Assembly (NCBI GenBank): GCA_017610175.1
Contig: JAFCCO010000014.1
Span: forward strand, 1 to 32,954
Reading direction: 5' to 3'
Length of the DNA stretch: 32,954 nucleotides
Source of the DNA: Candidatus Iainarchaeum sp.
GTDB taxonomy: Archaea > Iainarchaeota > Iainarchaeia > Iainarchaeales > GCA-2688035
Of this stretch, positions 25,508 through 32,954 are shown piece after piece; within the stretch, counting starts at the first letter, position 1, and each line of letters begins with the position of its first letter. Under the pieces are notes generated by a model. That model ran no database searches, was not told the DNA's origin, and saw only the letters and a list, made by a program, of their open reading frames with translations. The position numbers and the translations under genes were made by a program.

Positions 25508-25764
25508 ACAGCTCAAACGGTTTTGGAACTGCTGAAATGATTGAGTACAACCGCAACCGAAGAATGTGGGGCTTTTTAGACGATGAAGGCCACCAACACC
25601 TCTACGGAAAAACAAAAGACAAAACAAGCAAACAAAACGCAACAGCCGCAAGAGTACGCTACCTAACCATGATGGCCCACATCCTACTAAAACAACCAAC
25701 AAAACAACAACTCACAACATTCCAAAACCAGGTAGAACGCGCAACACTAAAAGGGAAGAGATGA
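25504..25764 (+). CDS. Hypothetical protein
   Basis: ATGA overlap; tiles the operon. Confidence 0.65.
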   Translation: MNSSNGFGTAEMIEYNRNRRMWGFLDDEGHQHLYGKTKDKTSKQNATAARVRYLTMMAHILLKQPTKQQLTTFQNQVERATLKGKR

Positions 25765-25765
25765 A

Positions 25766-26065
25766 ATGGTCATGGCCGGCTGCGGAAATTGCCTATACTT
25801 TCAAAAACAATTCAAAAACGCAGGCTTCTGTTGGAAAAACGGAAACCAAACAACCGCATACGACCACTGCGGAGAATGGGGGAGAAAAGAAATGGGAAAA
25901 GCAAAACCGCTCAAAGTAATAGCAAAAAGAACAACCGAACTGCAAGAACTAATAAAGCAAAAAAACTGGACACGCGCAGAACCCGCAATACAAAACCTAA
26001 ACGAATACATCGAACACGCGCAAGAAAGAGAAACACTATACAACAACAGGAAAGGGAAGAAATGA
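25766..26065 (+). CDS. Cys-rich hypothetical protein
   Basis: CGNCLYF...C...CGEW motif. Confidence 0.7.
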   Translation: MVMAGCGNCLYFQKQFKNAGFCWKNGNQTTAYDHCGEWGRKEMGKAKPLKVIAKRTTELQELIKQKNWTRAEPAIQNLNEYIEHAQERETLYNNRKGKK

Positions 26066-26226
26066 ACTGGATATACTTTGCAATCATTGGGATTGGATTG
26101 GTTGGCCTATTAGATTTACAACATTTAGGATACCACAACTTTCCAAGAGTAATAACGTTCTTCTTCCTAACTGGAAATTTATTGTATGCTGGAATATGGT
26201 TTGAACGCAGGAGAAAACGCAAATGA
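26062..26226 (+). CDS. Small 2-TM protein
   Basis: MNWIYFAIIG...; ATGA overlaps at both ends. Confidence 0.65.
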   Translation: MNWIYFAIIGIGLVGLLDLQHLGYHNFPRVITFFFLTGNLLYAGIWFERRRKRK

Positions 26227-26351
26227 CTTTTTGGAGGCGCTGCCTAAACTGCCAAAAAATATTCTTCAACAAAAGAAACACATTCTGCTCAGAACAATGC
26301 TTTAACATTTTTGTAATGAAAGAAAAAATAAAAAAGGAGGAAAACAAATGA
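26223..26351 (+). CDS. TRASH-like Zn finger (42 aa)
   Basis: CLNCQKIF...FCSEQC. Confidence 0.7.
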   Translation: MTFWRRCLNCQKIFFNKRNTFCSEQCFNIFVMKEKIKKEENK

Positions 26352-26533
26352 GTGTTAATTATATGTTCTATATGGGTGGATTCGCAATAATCCTTTGGGG
26401 GCTATCAATGCCATTCAGAAAACAACTACAAACACCCCTACTTTATTTTGCAGTTGGAATGATTTTTATGTCGTTTTTAAAAAATTTTCTTGACAAAACA
26501 CAACAGCTAAACGAAAGGAGGAAAAATAAATGA
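26348..26533 (+). CDS. Small 2-TM protein
   Basis: ORF track; AGGAGG RBS. Confidence 0.7.
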   Translation: MSVNYMFYMGGFAIILWGLSMPFRKQLQTPLLYFAVGMIFMSFLKNFLDKTQQLNERRKNK

Positions 26534-26676
26534 GTTACTTAATAGCAGCCGGAGGAATAGGGCCAGCCGAAATAATTATGAAAGACAAGTGCCTGAGGCC
26601 ATACTGGAAAACAGACGCGACAGGCACACGAGTACAAGGAAAAAAATGGTTCAGAAACCAAACCAAAAACATATAA
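26530..26676 (+). CDS. Hypothetical protein (48 aa)
   Basis: AGGAGG RBS; ATGA overlap. Confidence 0.55.
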   Translation: MSYLIAAGGIGPAEIIMKDKCLRPYWKTDATGTRVQGKKWFRNQTKNI

Positions 26677-26739
26677 AGAAAGAAAGCGTAATAAGTAAGG
26701 AAGCCGTATCAAAGTGTCATTCCAAAAATTAGTGAGTTA

Positions 26740-26937
26740 GTGTTGTTAGTGTTCGAAGAGTACGTTGGAAAATATGTAAAAGTTTACGCCGAAATAGGAG
26801 ACAGGCCATTCAGCTTTGAAGGTAAAATCCTAGCCGTCAACGAAACCCACATCAAACTATTAGACAAATTCCAAAAAGAACAACTCATCCTAATTGAAAG
26901 CATCCAACAACTCACACCAAAAGAGGTGAATGGATGA
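26740..26937 (+). CDS. Sm/Lsm-like small beta-barrel protein
   Basis: EEYVGKYVKV...FEGKILAVNETHIKL...LILIESIQQL matches the Sm1/Sm2 pattern. Confidence 0.65.
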   Translation: MLLVFEEYVGKYVKVYAEIGDRPFSFEGKILAVNETHIKLLDKFQKEQLILIESIQQLTPKEVNG

Positions 26938-27326
26938 AGTTCCTTAAAGAGTGGGAATACCTCCAACATATTGAAATGTGCGGAGGCGCACTAAAAATAA
27001 TCGCGCCCTATGGAATAAACTCAATTGTTTTAAAGCACCTCTTTAGAAATTCTGGAGGTCTTCCAGTAAAAATTATTTCTCAATCAAAACAACCGCTTCT
27101 TGAATCACACGGTTTTGAAATTAGAACTTGGAGTAATATGCATGCCAAACTATTTCTCGGAACAAACGGCGCGATATGGGGTAGCTGGAATTTCAATATG
27201 CAGCATCAGCGCAAATCAACACTGCGAGAAATTGTTGAGTACTGCCAAAAAAACGAACCAAAATATGAAGCGCTCAACAACCAATTCAACTACTATTGGG
27301 AACAATGTGCAGGGTGGCAAAAATGA
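26934..27326 (+). CDS. Single-domain phospholipase D (PLD)-superfamily protein, putative nuclease
   Basis: IIAPY...MHAKLFLG....WGSWNF. Confidence 0.72.
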   Translation: MKFLKEWEYLQHIEMCGGALKIIAPYGINSIVLKHLFRNSGGLPVKIISQSKQPLLESHGFEIRTWSNMHAKLFLGTNGAIWGSWNFNMQHQRKSTLREIVEYCQKNEPKYEALNNQFNYYWEQCAGWQK

Positions 27327-29476
27327 TTCCAAAACATCTTGACGGCTACAAGTTTATTAAAGTTGTTGCCGACAGCAAGCGGCCTCTTGAACCTGATTGG
27401 CAGAACACAAAAAACTATTCTATTGATTCTGAAGAGCTGAAAAACCACATTGAATGCGGAGCAAACTATGGTGTTATCGGCGGCAACGGAAAAATAATAA
27501 TTGACATCGACCGCAAGTCGCCCGACTTTGAAGAAGTTGTCAAAGCCGCAAAGACGTTGCCAAAAACTTTTGAGGTAAGCACAGCAAACTTGGGACACCA
27601 CCTTTACTACAACTGCGAAAACGGGAAAGGAACCCGCATGAACAACGAAGCCGGAGAAGTGCGCGCAAAAGGAATGATGGTTGTTGGCCCTGGAAGCAAA
27701 CTTGGAGCAAAAGAATACAAGGTTGTTGCAGACATTCCAGTCGCAACCGTAACAATGGAACAGGTTCGCGAATCATTCAAAAAATGGATTGGGGAAACAA
27801 CTGTTGAAAAAGTTAAAACAAAAAAGCCAACCGACACAACCCGAAGCGGAAAAGAGTGGGGCATCCTATGTAAAATGATTGAAAGTGGAAAAAATAAAGA
27901 GTTCATATTTGAAAAGATGAAAATGTATTCAAAGTGGAGCGAAACGGGTGACAAATATAAAGAACACCAATACAAAAAGGCGTGCGAAAAGATTCAAAGT
28001 AAAAGAGCGTTAAAGCTTGAAGAGATTGAAAACAAGTATGATTTGAAAGACCTTTCCTTAAACGTTATTACAAAAATTGCGTGCAACAAACGTTCGGAAG
28101 CAACCGAGGCAATTGTTGAAGAGATAAAGGCACAGGAACACATTTACACAACACGGGACGATGAAAAGAACGAGGTTTGGATTTACCGCGAAGGCATCTA
28201 CGTTTCCGAAGCAAAAACATTCATTAAAGAAATATGCCGAAAGATACTGGGGAGCGCGTACTCAACTTCCCTGTCAAGCGAAGTCATTGCAAAAATTGAA
28301 ACAGACACCTACATAAACCAGGACGAATTCTTTGAAGTCAAAAACATTGACGTTGTGGTTGTTGAAAATGGGATTCTAAATATTCACACGCGGGAGATGC
28401 GGCCGTTCAACCCTGAAGAAATCTTCTTCAACAAGCTTCCAATAACATATGACTTGGAAGCCGTTTGCCCTGCAACTGAAAAACACTTTGAAACCGTTCT
28501 CAAAAACAAAGAGGACAAGCCGGTAATGGAGGAACTGTTCGGCTACCTACTGCTCAAAGAATACCGCTACGAGAAAGCGTTCATGCTAATTGGAACAGGC
28601 CGAAACGGAAAAGGAAAAACAATGGCCTTAATGAAACGGTTCATTGGAATTGAAAACTGCGCCAGCATTCCATTACAGCAGTTTGAAACAGACAACTTTT
28701 CGCACGGGGAACTATTCAAAAAGATGGCTAACCTTGCCGGGGACGTTGACAACCGAGCGCTAAAGCACACCGGCTCCCTCAAAACGCTGACGGGGCGAGA
28801 TCTAATAAGCGCCGCAAGAAAGTTTCTGCCAAGAGTTCACTTTGTAAACTATGCCAAAATGGTGTTTGCAGCAAACCAGTTGCCAATAACTCACGACATA
28901 ACCCCTGCGTTCTTCATGCGGTGGATTCTGTTAGAGTTTCCGTTTACGTTTTTGACAGAGGAAGAGATTCTGAAAAGAAACCCGGAAGACCGGGAAGGCT
29001 GCAAAGTCAAGGATCCAGAGATTGTTGAAAAGATTACAACGGAGGATGAGTTAAGCGGGCTTTTGAACCTGGCGCTTGACGGCCTCAAAAGGTTGGTGAA
29101 GCAAAAGAACTTCAGCTACACCAAAAGCAATGACGAGGTTAAGACAATGTGGATTAGGAAAAGCGACAGCTTCTCAGCTTTCCTAATGGACGAGGTTGAG
29201 GAAGAGTATGACGCGCGCATTGTAAAGCAGGAGTTGCGCAGGGCCTACTCGATTTACTGCAAAGACCACAAGCTCAAAGGGGTTGGTGACAAATCCATCA
29301 AGTATGTGTTGACTTCAACAATGGGGGTTTCTGAAGAAAGAGAACGTTCAATGGATGATTTAAAGTATTACTGGTGGGGTATTAAGTTCAAAAAGGAAAG
29401 AAAGTTAGGGGATTATTCTTACAAAGAAGTAGTTGATAAACAAAAAAAGATTGTAGGAATTGGACAGGGTGGTTAA
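27323..29476 (+). CDS. Primase-polymerase fused to a D5/P4-family SF3 helicase
   Basis: N-terminal NYGV..IIIDID..TANLGHHLYY (prim-pol); VENGILN, GTGRNGKG Walker A, FAANQLP, FFMRW. Confidence 0.93.
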   Translation: MIPKHLDGYKFIKVVADSKRPLEPDWQNTKNYSIDSEELKNHIECGANYGVIGGNGKIIIDIDRKSPDFEEVVKAAKTLPKTFEVSTANLGHHLYYNCENGKGTRMNNEAGEVRAKGMMVVGPGSKLGAKEYKVVADIPVATVTMEQVRESFKKWIGETTVEKVKTKKPTDTTRSGKEWGILCKMIESGKNKEFIFEKMKMYSKWSETGDKYKEHQYKKACEKIQSKRALKLEEIENKYDLKDLSLNVITKIACNKRSEATEAIVEEIKAQEHIYTTRDDEKNEVWIYREGIYVSEAKTFIKEICRKILGSAYSTSLSSEVIAKIETDTYINQDEFFEVKNIDVVVVENGILNIHTREMRPFNPEEIFFNKLPITYDLEAVCPATEKHFETVLKNKEDKPVMEELFGYLLLKEYRYEKAFMLIGTGRNGKGKTMALMKRFIGIENCASIPLQQFETDNFSHGELFKKMANLAGDVDNRALKHTGSLKTLTGRDLISAARKFLPRVHFVNYAKMVFAANQLPITHDITPAFFMRWILLEFPFTFLTEEEILKRNPEDREGCKVKDPEIVEKITTEDELSGLLNLALDGLKRLVKQKNFSYTKSNDEVKTMWIRKSDSFSAFLMDEVEEEYDARIVKQELRRAYSIYCKDHKLKGVGDKSIKYVLTSTMGVSEERERSMDDLKYYWWGIKFKKERKLGDYSYKEVVDKQKKIVGIGQGG

Positions 29477-29565
29477 GGTGGATAGGGTGTTTTACCCTAA
29501 AGGAAGAGGTCAGCCCAAAGAGAGGATTGGAAAAAACCTTTTCTCCTACGCCACCCTGTCCAATT
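29458..29565. other. Candidate replication origin (inverted repeat/iterons)
   Basis: Perfect 15-bp inverted repeat AATTGGACAGGGTGG (29458-29472) / CCACCCTGTCCAATT (29551-29565), plus a third copy TGGATAGGGTG (29479-29489), at the end of the primase gene. Confidence 0.6.
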
Positions 29566-29590
29566 TTTTTGTAGAATGGCTTAAATTGGC

Positions 29591-29609
29591 AAAACAATAG
29601 GTTTATAAT
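29591..29609 (+). promoter_or_regulatory. Archaeal BRE/TATA promoter
   Basis: AAAACAATAGGTTTATAAT ~30 nt before the next operon. Confidence 0.55.
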
Positions 29610-29639
29610 AACAATGATAATAATATGTGTAGGTGGTTT

Positions 29640-29765
29640 GTGTTGAAGTTGAAGTGTTGTTTTTGTGGTGAGTGTTGGAATCCTAAGGTTTCTGTTCCGC
29701 GTGCTTGTCCGATTTGTAAGCGTTATTTTGTTGGTGGTCGTTTGCCGGAAGAGGTTGATGGTTGA
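29640..29765 (+). CDS. Zn-ribbon protein (same type as 3901-4059)
   Basis: KCCFCGECWNPKVSVPRACPICKRY; AGGTGG RBS. Confidence 0.75.
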   Translation: MLKLKCCFCGECWNPKVSVPRACPICKRYFVGGRLPEEVDG

Positions 29766-29983
29766 TGGAATTTTATAATTTAATTTTGTTTGCTTTTGCG
29801 GTGTTGGCTTTTTTTGTTTTGGTGTTTTTTTCAAGTGTGGGTGCTGTGGAAATGGGTGGAATTATTGGGGTTGTTATTTTGATGGGTGGTGCTTCTATTG
29901 CGGTTAATTTTGCTTTTTCTGTTAAGTTGTGGGATAAGTTGAAGTGTATTGAGGAAAAGGTTGAGGAGGCGAAGGGCGAATGA
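29762..29983 (+). CDS. Small 2-TM protein ending EAKGE
   Basis: ORF track. Confidence 0.7.
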   Translation: MMEFYNLILFAFAVLAFFVLVFFSSVGAVEMGGIIGVVILMGGASIAVNFAFSVKLWDKLKCIEEKVEEAKGE

Positions 29984-30168
29984 ATGGCAGTTTAACGTTG
30001 GGGCAGTATATTGCGGTTGGTTTGTTGTTTGTTACACTTGGTGGTGTGTTGTATTGGGGTTTTACTTTAGATATTAGGGGTTTGAATGGTGCGTTTGTTT
30101 CATTTGTTCTTTTTTGTGTGTTTGCTTTGATTAGTTCGCCAGATAAAGAGGAGGCGAAGGGCGAATGA
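29980..30168 (+). CDS. Small 2-TM protein ending EAKGE
   Basis: ORF track. Confidence 0.7.
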   Translation: MNGSLTLGQYIAVGLLFVTLGGVLYWGFTLDIRGLNGAFVSFVLFCVFALISSPDKEEAKGE

Positions 30169-30347
30169 ATGATTTTTTTGTTGCTTGTTTGTTGGTTTTT
30201 GCTGGGGGGGTTGGTTTTTATTTGGGTTGGGGGTGTGGAAGAGTTTCTGCTTTTAAGGAGGCGTTGGGGGTTACTGAGAAGTTTAAGGAACGTTTGGATG
30301 CGATTGTTGAAAGAAAGTCTGCTGAGAAGGAGGCGAAGGGCGAATGA
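30165..30347 (+). CDS. Small single-TM protein ending EAKGE
   Basis: ORF track. Confidence 0.7.
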   Translation: MNDFFVACLLVFAGGVGFYLGWGCGRVSAFKEALGVTEKFKERLDAIVERKSAEKEAKGE

Positions 30348-31123
30348 GTGGAGAATTGGTTGATTCGTATTACAAAAGGAATAGGGACTCAATTCTCAAA
30401 AAATCAAAAGAGTATAGGAATAAAAATAAAAATAAGATTAACCGCCTTAGAAAAGTATGGAGAGAAAAAAATAAAGAAAAACTTAAATTGCGCGATCGTG
30501 TTTATAGGTTTAAGAACCATTCTAAAAAATTAGAGTCGGATCGGTTGTACCGTCTTTCTCATAAAGAACAAATTGCCGGATATAAAAAAAAGTGGGGTAA
30601 ACAGAATAGGGGGCGCCTTTCATTGAAGGCAAAAAAGTACCGGTTGGAAAATCCTGAGTTGATTAAGAAGCAAGATAAAGAACAATATTTGAAACATCGG
30701 GACAAAAGTAAGGTAAGGCAAAAGGAGTATTATATAAAAAATAAAGAAACGATTTCAAAGAAGAAAAATGTGTATGAGAAGAAACGTTACCATACAGATT
30801 TAAGTTATAATTTAAAAATGAAATTGCACAAGCGTTTGCAGTCCGCATTTAAAGCATATTCAAAAAATGGAAAGGTTGGCCGTGCAAACAAATATGGAAT
30901 AAATTATAAAAAGATAATTGAATATTTGGGCGATTGTCCGGGGCCAAGAGAGCAATACCAAATTGACCACATCATTCCTTTGTCGTTTTTTAATTTTGAT
31001 AATCCTGAAGAGGTCAAGCAGGCTTTTGCTCCTGGAAATCATCAGTGGTTAACTGTTGAAGAGAATAAACGAAAAGGAAGTAAATTGGAGGTTTTTGATG
31101 CAGCGTGCAATTTATTCAATTAA
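30344..31123 (+). CDS. HNH endonuclease with an N-terminal K/R-rich helical repeat region
   Basis: YQIDHIIPLS...NHQWLTVEENKRKG. Confidence 0.85.
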   Translation: MSGELVDSYYKRNRDSILKKSKEYRNKNKNKINRLRKVWREKNKEKLKLRDRVYRFKNHSKKLESDRLYRLSHKEQIAGYKKKWGKQNRGRLSLKAKKYRLENPELIKKQDKEQYLKHRDKSKVRQKEYYIKNKETISKKKNVYEKKRYHTDLSYNLKMKLHKRLQSAFKAYSKNGKVGRANKYGINYKKIIEYLGDCPGPREQYQIDHIIPLSFFNFDNPEEVKQAFAPGNHQWLTVEENKRKGSKLEVFDAACNLFN

Positions 31124-31212
31124 GAATGGTTTAATTTTAGTTACCCCTTCTGAGAGAAAATGTTTTTTGGCGGATTGGCCAGAGTAATAATTAAAAAAAA
31201 AGCAAAAAAGCA

Positions 31213-31764
31213 ATGGAGTTGAGAAACAATATGGTAAGTGAAAGCAATAGAGCAGAAGAGCGGAAGGAGGTGCTGGTCGATTTTGATGGCACTTCAAGTA
31301 AGGGTGGTGACTATGAGAAGGTTCGTGTGGCTGATGACAGTTACAAGGGGCAGTTTATGTCTTGCGAGCTTGTTGAGTTGCCTTCTTTTGATAAGAAGTC
31401 TAAGGTAAAGAAGCTGGTGTTTTCGATTGCGTTGGTTGACGTTGAGGACAGGCCGGAGGTTTCTTTGTATGCTAACACAGTTATTTCGAAGGCTTCGAAG
31501 AAGGGTTTTAATAATTCGAAGTTGTTTGATTTGCTTGAGTTGGCTGGTGAGTTGCCGAAGGCTATGGGTTCTGAGTCGGAGTTGGAGAATCTTTTGGGTT
31601 TGAAGACTTGGTTTGAAACCGTGTTTGTGGGTAAGTCTTGCAAGGTTTTGACGCGGACGGTTAACAAGGGTGAGGAGTCGCAGTATTCTTGTGTTGATCG
31701 TGTGTTGTCTTTTGATGACAGGCCGGTTGAAGAGGAAGAGGCGGAGGACAAGGGCGGCAAGTAG
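31213..31764 (+). CDS. Hypothetical protein, possible ssDNA-binding (OB-like) protein with an acidic tail
   Basis: Beta-rich pattern and EEEEAED C-terminus; function is an inference. Confidence 0.5.
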   Translation: MELRNNMVSESNRAEERKEVLVDFDGTSSKGGDYEKVRVADDSYKGQFMSCELVELPSFDKKSKVKKLVFSIALVDVEDRPEVSLYANTVISKASKKGFNNSKLFDLLELAGELPKAMGSESELENLLGLKTWFETVFVGKSCKVLTRTVNKGEESQYSCVDRVLSFDDRPVEEEEAEDKGGK

Positions 31765-31811
31765 TTTGCCTTTTTCCTATGTGGTAAGGTTTACAGGTTT
31801 GGGTTTTTGGA

Positions 31812-32045
31812 TTGTTCCTTCCTTTCCTGTTCACCCCACTAAATTTTGTGGGAGCGTGGTTTTGCGTGATTGAGAATTGTAAGGGTGGTTTGTGGTTGAC
31901 TACTATGGGTCGTGTTGTTTTGGATAATCATTCTTGTGAGACTTTTGCAGAACCTTTTGACCGAAAGCTTATGTCGGCTGAGGAGTTGACAAAGGGTATT
32001 AGGTTTGAGGAGTTTTTGAAGCGGATGGTGGAAAAGCGTGAGTGA
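31812..32045 (+). CDS. Hypothetical protein (start uncertain, probably later)
   Basis: ORF track; overlaps the next start. Confidence 0.45.
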   Translation: MFLPFLFTPLNFVGAWFCVIENCKGGLWLTTMGRVVLDNHSCETFAEPFDRKLMSAEELTKGIRFEEFLKRMVEKRE

Positions 32046-32430
32046 TGTTGTGTCTGTTGTGTTGGACAAGCTGGCAAATGAGTTTTCTACTGAGAGGAAA
32101 ATGACTTGGAAAGAATGGCATAAGTTGAACAAAAGTTATACAACAGATGAACAGTTGATACATGACTTAGAAGATAGTAGAGTAAAGCGTGCTGTTGTTT
32201 TGGCGGTTGCTGAGTGCCGCAAGCGAGAGGGCAAAGAGAGTAATAAAATACCTTTGATGGAACAACAAGCACTTGATGCATTTCCAGACCTTGCAGAAAA
32301 GTGTAGAAAACGTTTGGGTTCGGGGGGCGAAAAGGCACTTTTTGAAGCGGGAACTCCGAAGAGTTCCCTTTCAAAACCTGCACTAAAAAAGGGGGCGAAA
32401 AGCAAAGATGAGAACACCACAGGAAATTAG
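32038..32430 (+). CDS. Hypothetical protein
   Basis: ORF track. Confidence 0.65.
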   Translation: MSDVVSVVLDKLANEFSTERKMTWKEWHKLNKSYTTDEQLIHDLEDSRVKRAVVLAVAECRKREGKESNKIPLMEQQALDAFPDLAEKCRKRLGSGGEKALFEAGTPKSSLSKPALKKGAKSKDENTTGN

Positions 32431-32683
32431 GTTTTATCCTTTAGATGTAAAGGACGATGAAGATGGGGGGTTGTGGTTTCGTGTTCCTGCATGGCTTGTT
32501 AGAGCTTTTAAACTGAGGCAAATGAATCTTTGTGGGCGGGTTAAGTTTGTTATTCACAGAAAAAGCAGAGCGCCTATTGAGTTTGACGGGGAAGAGAAAT
32601 GTTTTGGAGAGTATTTTAAAAGAAACTGGAGTGTTAAGCTTAGAAGGGAGAACAGAAGAAAGTCAAGCGGGGGCGGGAAATAA
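32408..32683 (+). CDS. Hypothetical protein, possible AbrB-like DNA-binding fold, ending GGGK
   Basis: GGLWFRVPAWLVRAFKL resembles the AbrB pattern SxxVxIPxxxxxxLxL. Confidence 0.65.
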   Translation: MRTPQEIRFYPLDVKDDEDGGLWFRVPAWLVRAFKLRQMNLCGRVKFVIHRKSRAPIEFDGEEKCFGEYFKRNWSVKLRRENRRKSSGGGK

Positions 32684-32685
32684 AG

Positions 32686-32844
32686 ATGGGCAAAAAGAAA
32701 TGGTTTATTGCCATAACTGATGAAATGGTTTTAAAAGTAAGAGAAGATGCTTTTGATTTGCCTAACATATTTCTTAAAAGATGGGAAAAGCAACTAAAAT
32801 TATTAAACAAAAAGAAAGGTAGGGGGGGCGAAGGTAAAAGATGA
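32686..32844 (+). CDS. Hypothetical protein (52 aa)
   Basis: Manual translation MGKKKWFIAITDEM...RGGEGKR; ATGA overlap with ORF 1-180. Confidence 0.7.
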   Translation: MGKKKWFIAITDEMVLKVREDAFDLPNIFLKRWEKQLKLLNKKKGRGGEGKR

Positions 32845-32954
32845 CTAAGTGCAAAAACTGCGGGCATGAGATAATTTTTATAGAAAGATGGTGGCACTTA
32901 AGAGCCATTAGACAAACTAAGCAAGGGGAAATGACTGATGTGGCAATTAAATGT
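32841..32954. repeat. Terminal direct repeat, copy 2
   Basis: Identical to 1-114. Confidence 0.97.

Larger units (their letters stand above)
29964..30347 (+). repeat. Gene-junction repeat family B, AGGAGGCGAAGGGCGAATGA x3 (29964, 30149, 30328)
   Basis: Three identical 20-mers, each containing an RBS and an ATGA stop/start overlap. Confidence 0.93.

Noticed and set aside
31765-31860. Structured ncRNA in the intergenic region
   Set aside because: Only a short CCCAC/GTGGG stem is evident; not enough support
484-32897. Numerous antisense and alternate-frame ORFs in the track (e.g. 10357-10836, 21558-22058, 29388-29834, 29922-30392)
   Set aside because: They shadow better-supported genes, lack RBSs and arise from the strong strand skew

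Overview
This looks like a complete circular genome (~32,840 bp; positions 1-114 repeat exactly at 32841-32954) of an archaeal virus, most likely spindle-shaped (fusellovirus/His1-like). The evidence is a two-helix SSV1-VP1-like major capsid protein, a P-loop morphogenesis ATPase, a DUF2341/LamG-type membrane-anchored adhesin, archaeal GGAGGTGA ribosome-binding sites and TATA promoters, and no recognisable head-tail genes. It also encodes a prim-pol/SF3 primase-helicase followed by a candidate origin, a minimal tyrosine recombinase, an HNH nuclease and many micro-ORFs. Three things stand out. (1) A possible viral late-transcription module: a stand-alone TFB-type Zn ribbon and a single-repeat 'half-TBP' lie directly upstream of a ~34-bp promoter motif shared by both structural operons. 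(2) A possible non-canonical N-glycosylation system: GT2, methyltransferase, GT-C and a miniature AglB/STT3-like enzyme whose WWDYG motif is altered to DWGYG, while virion/surface proteins are strongly enriched in D-x-N motifs that mostly lack +2 Ser/Thr. (3) Arrays of unrelated micro-genes joined by conserved stop/RBS/start junction repeats, resembling cassettes. All family calls come from motif recognition by eye; no database search was run.
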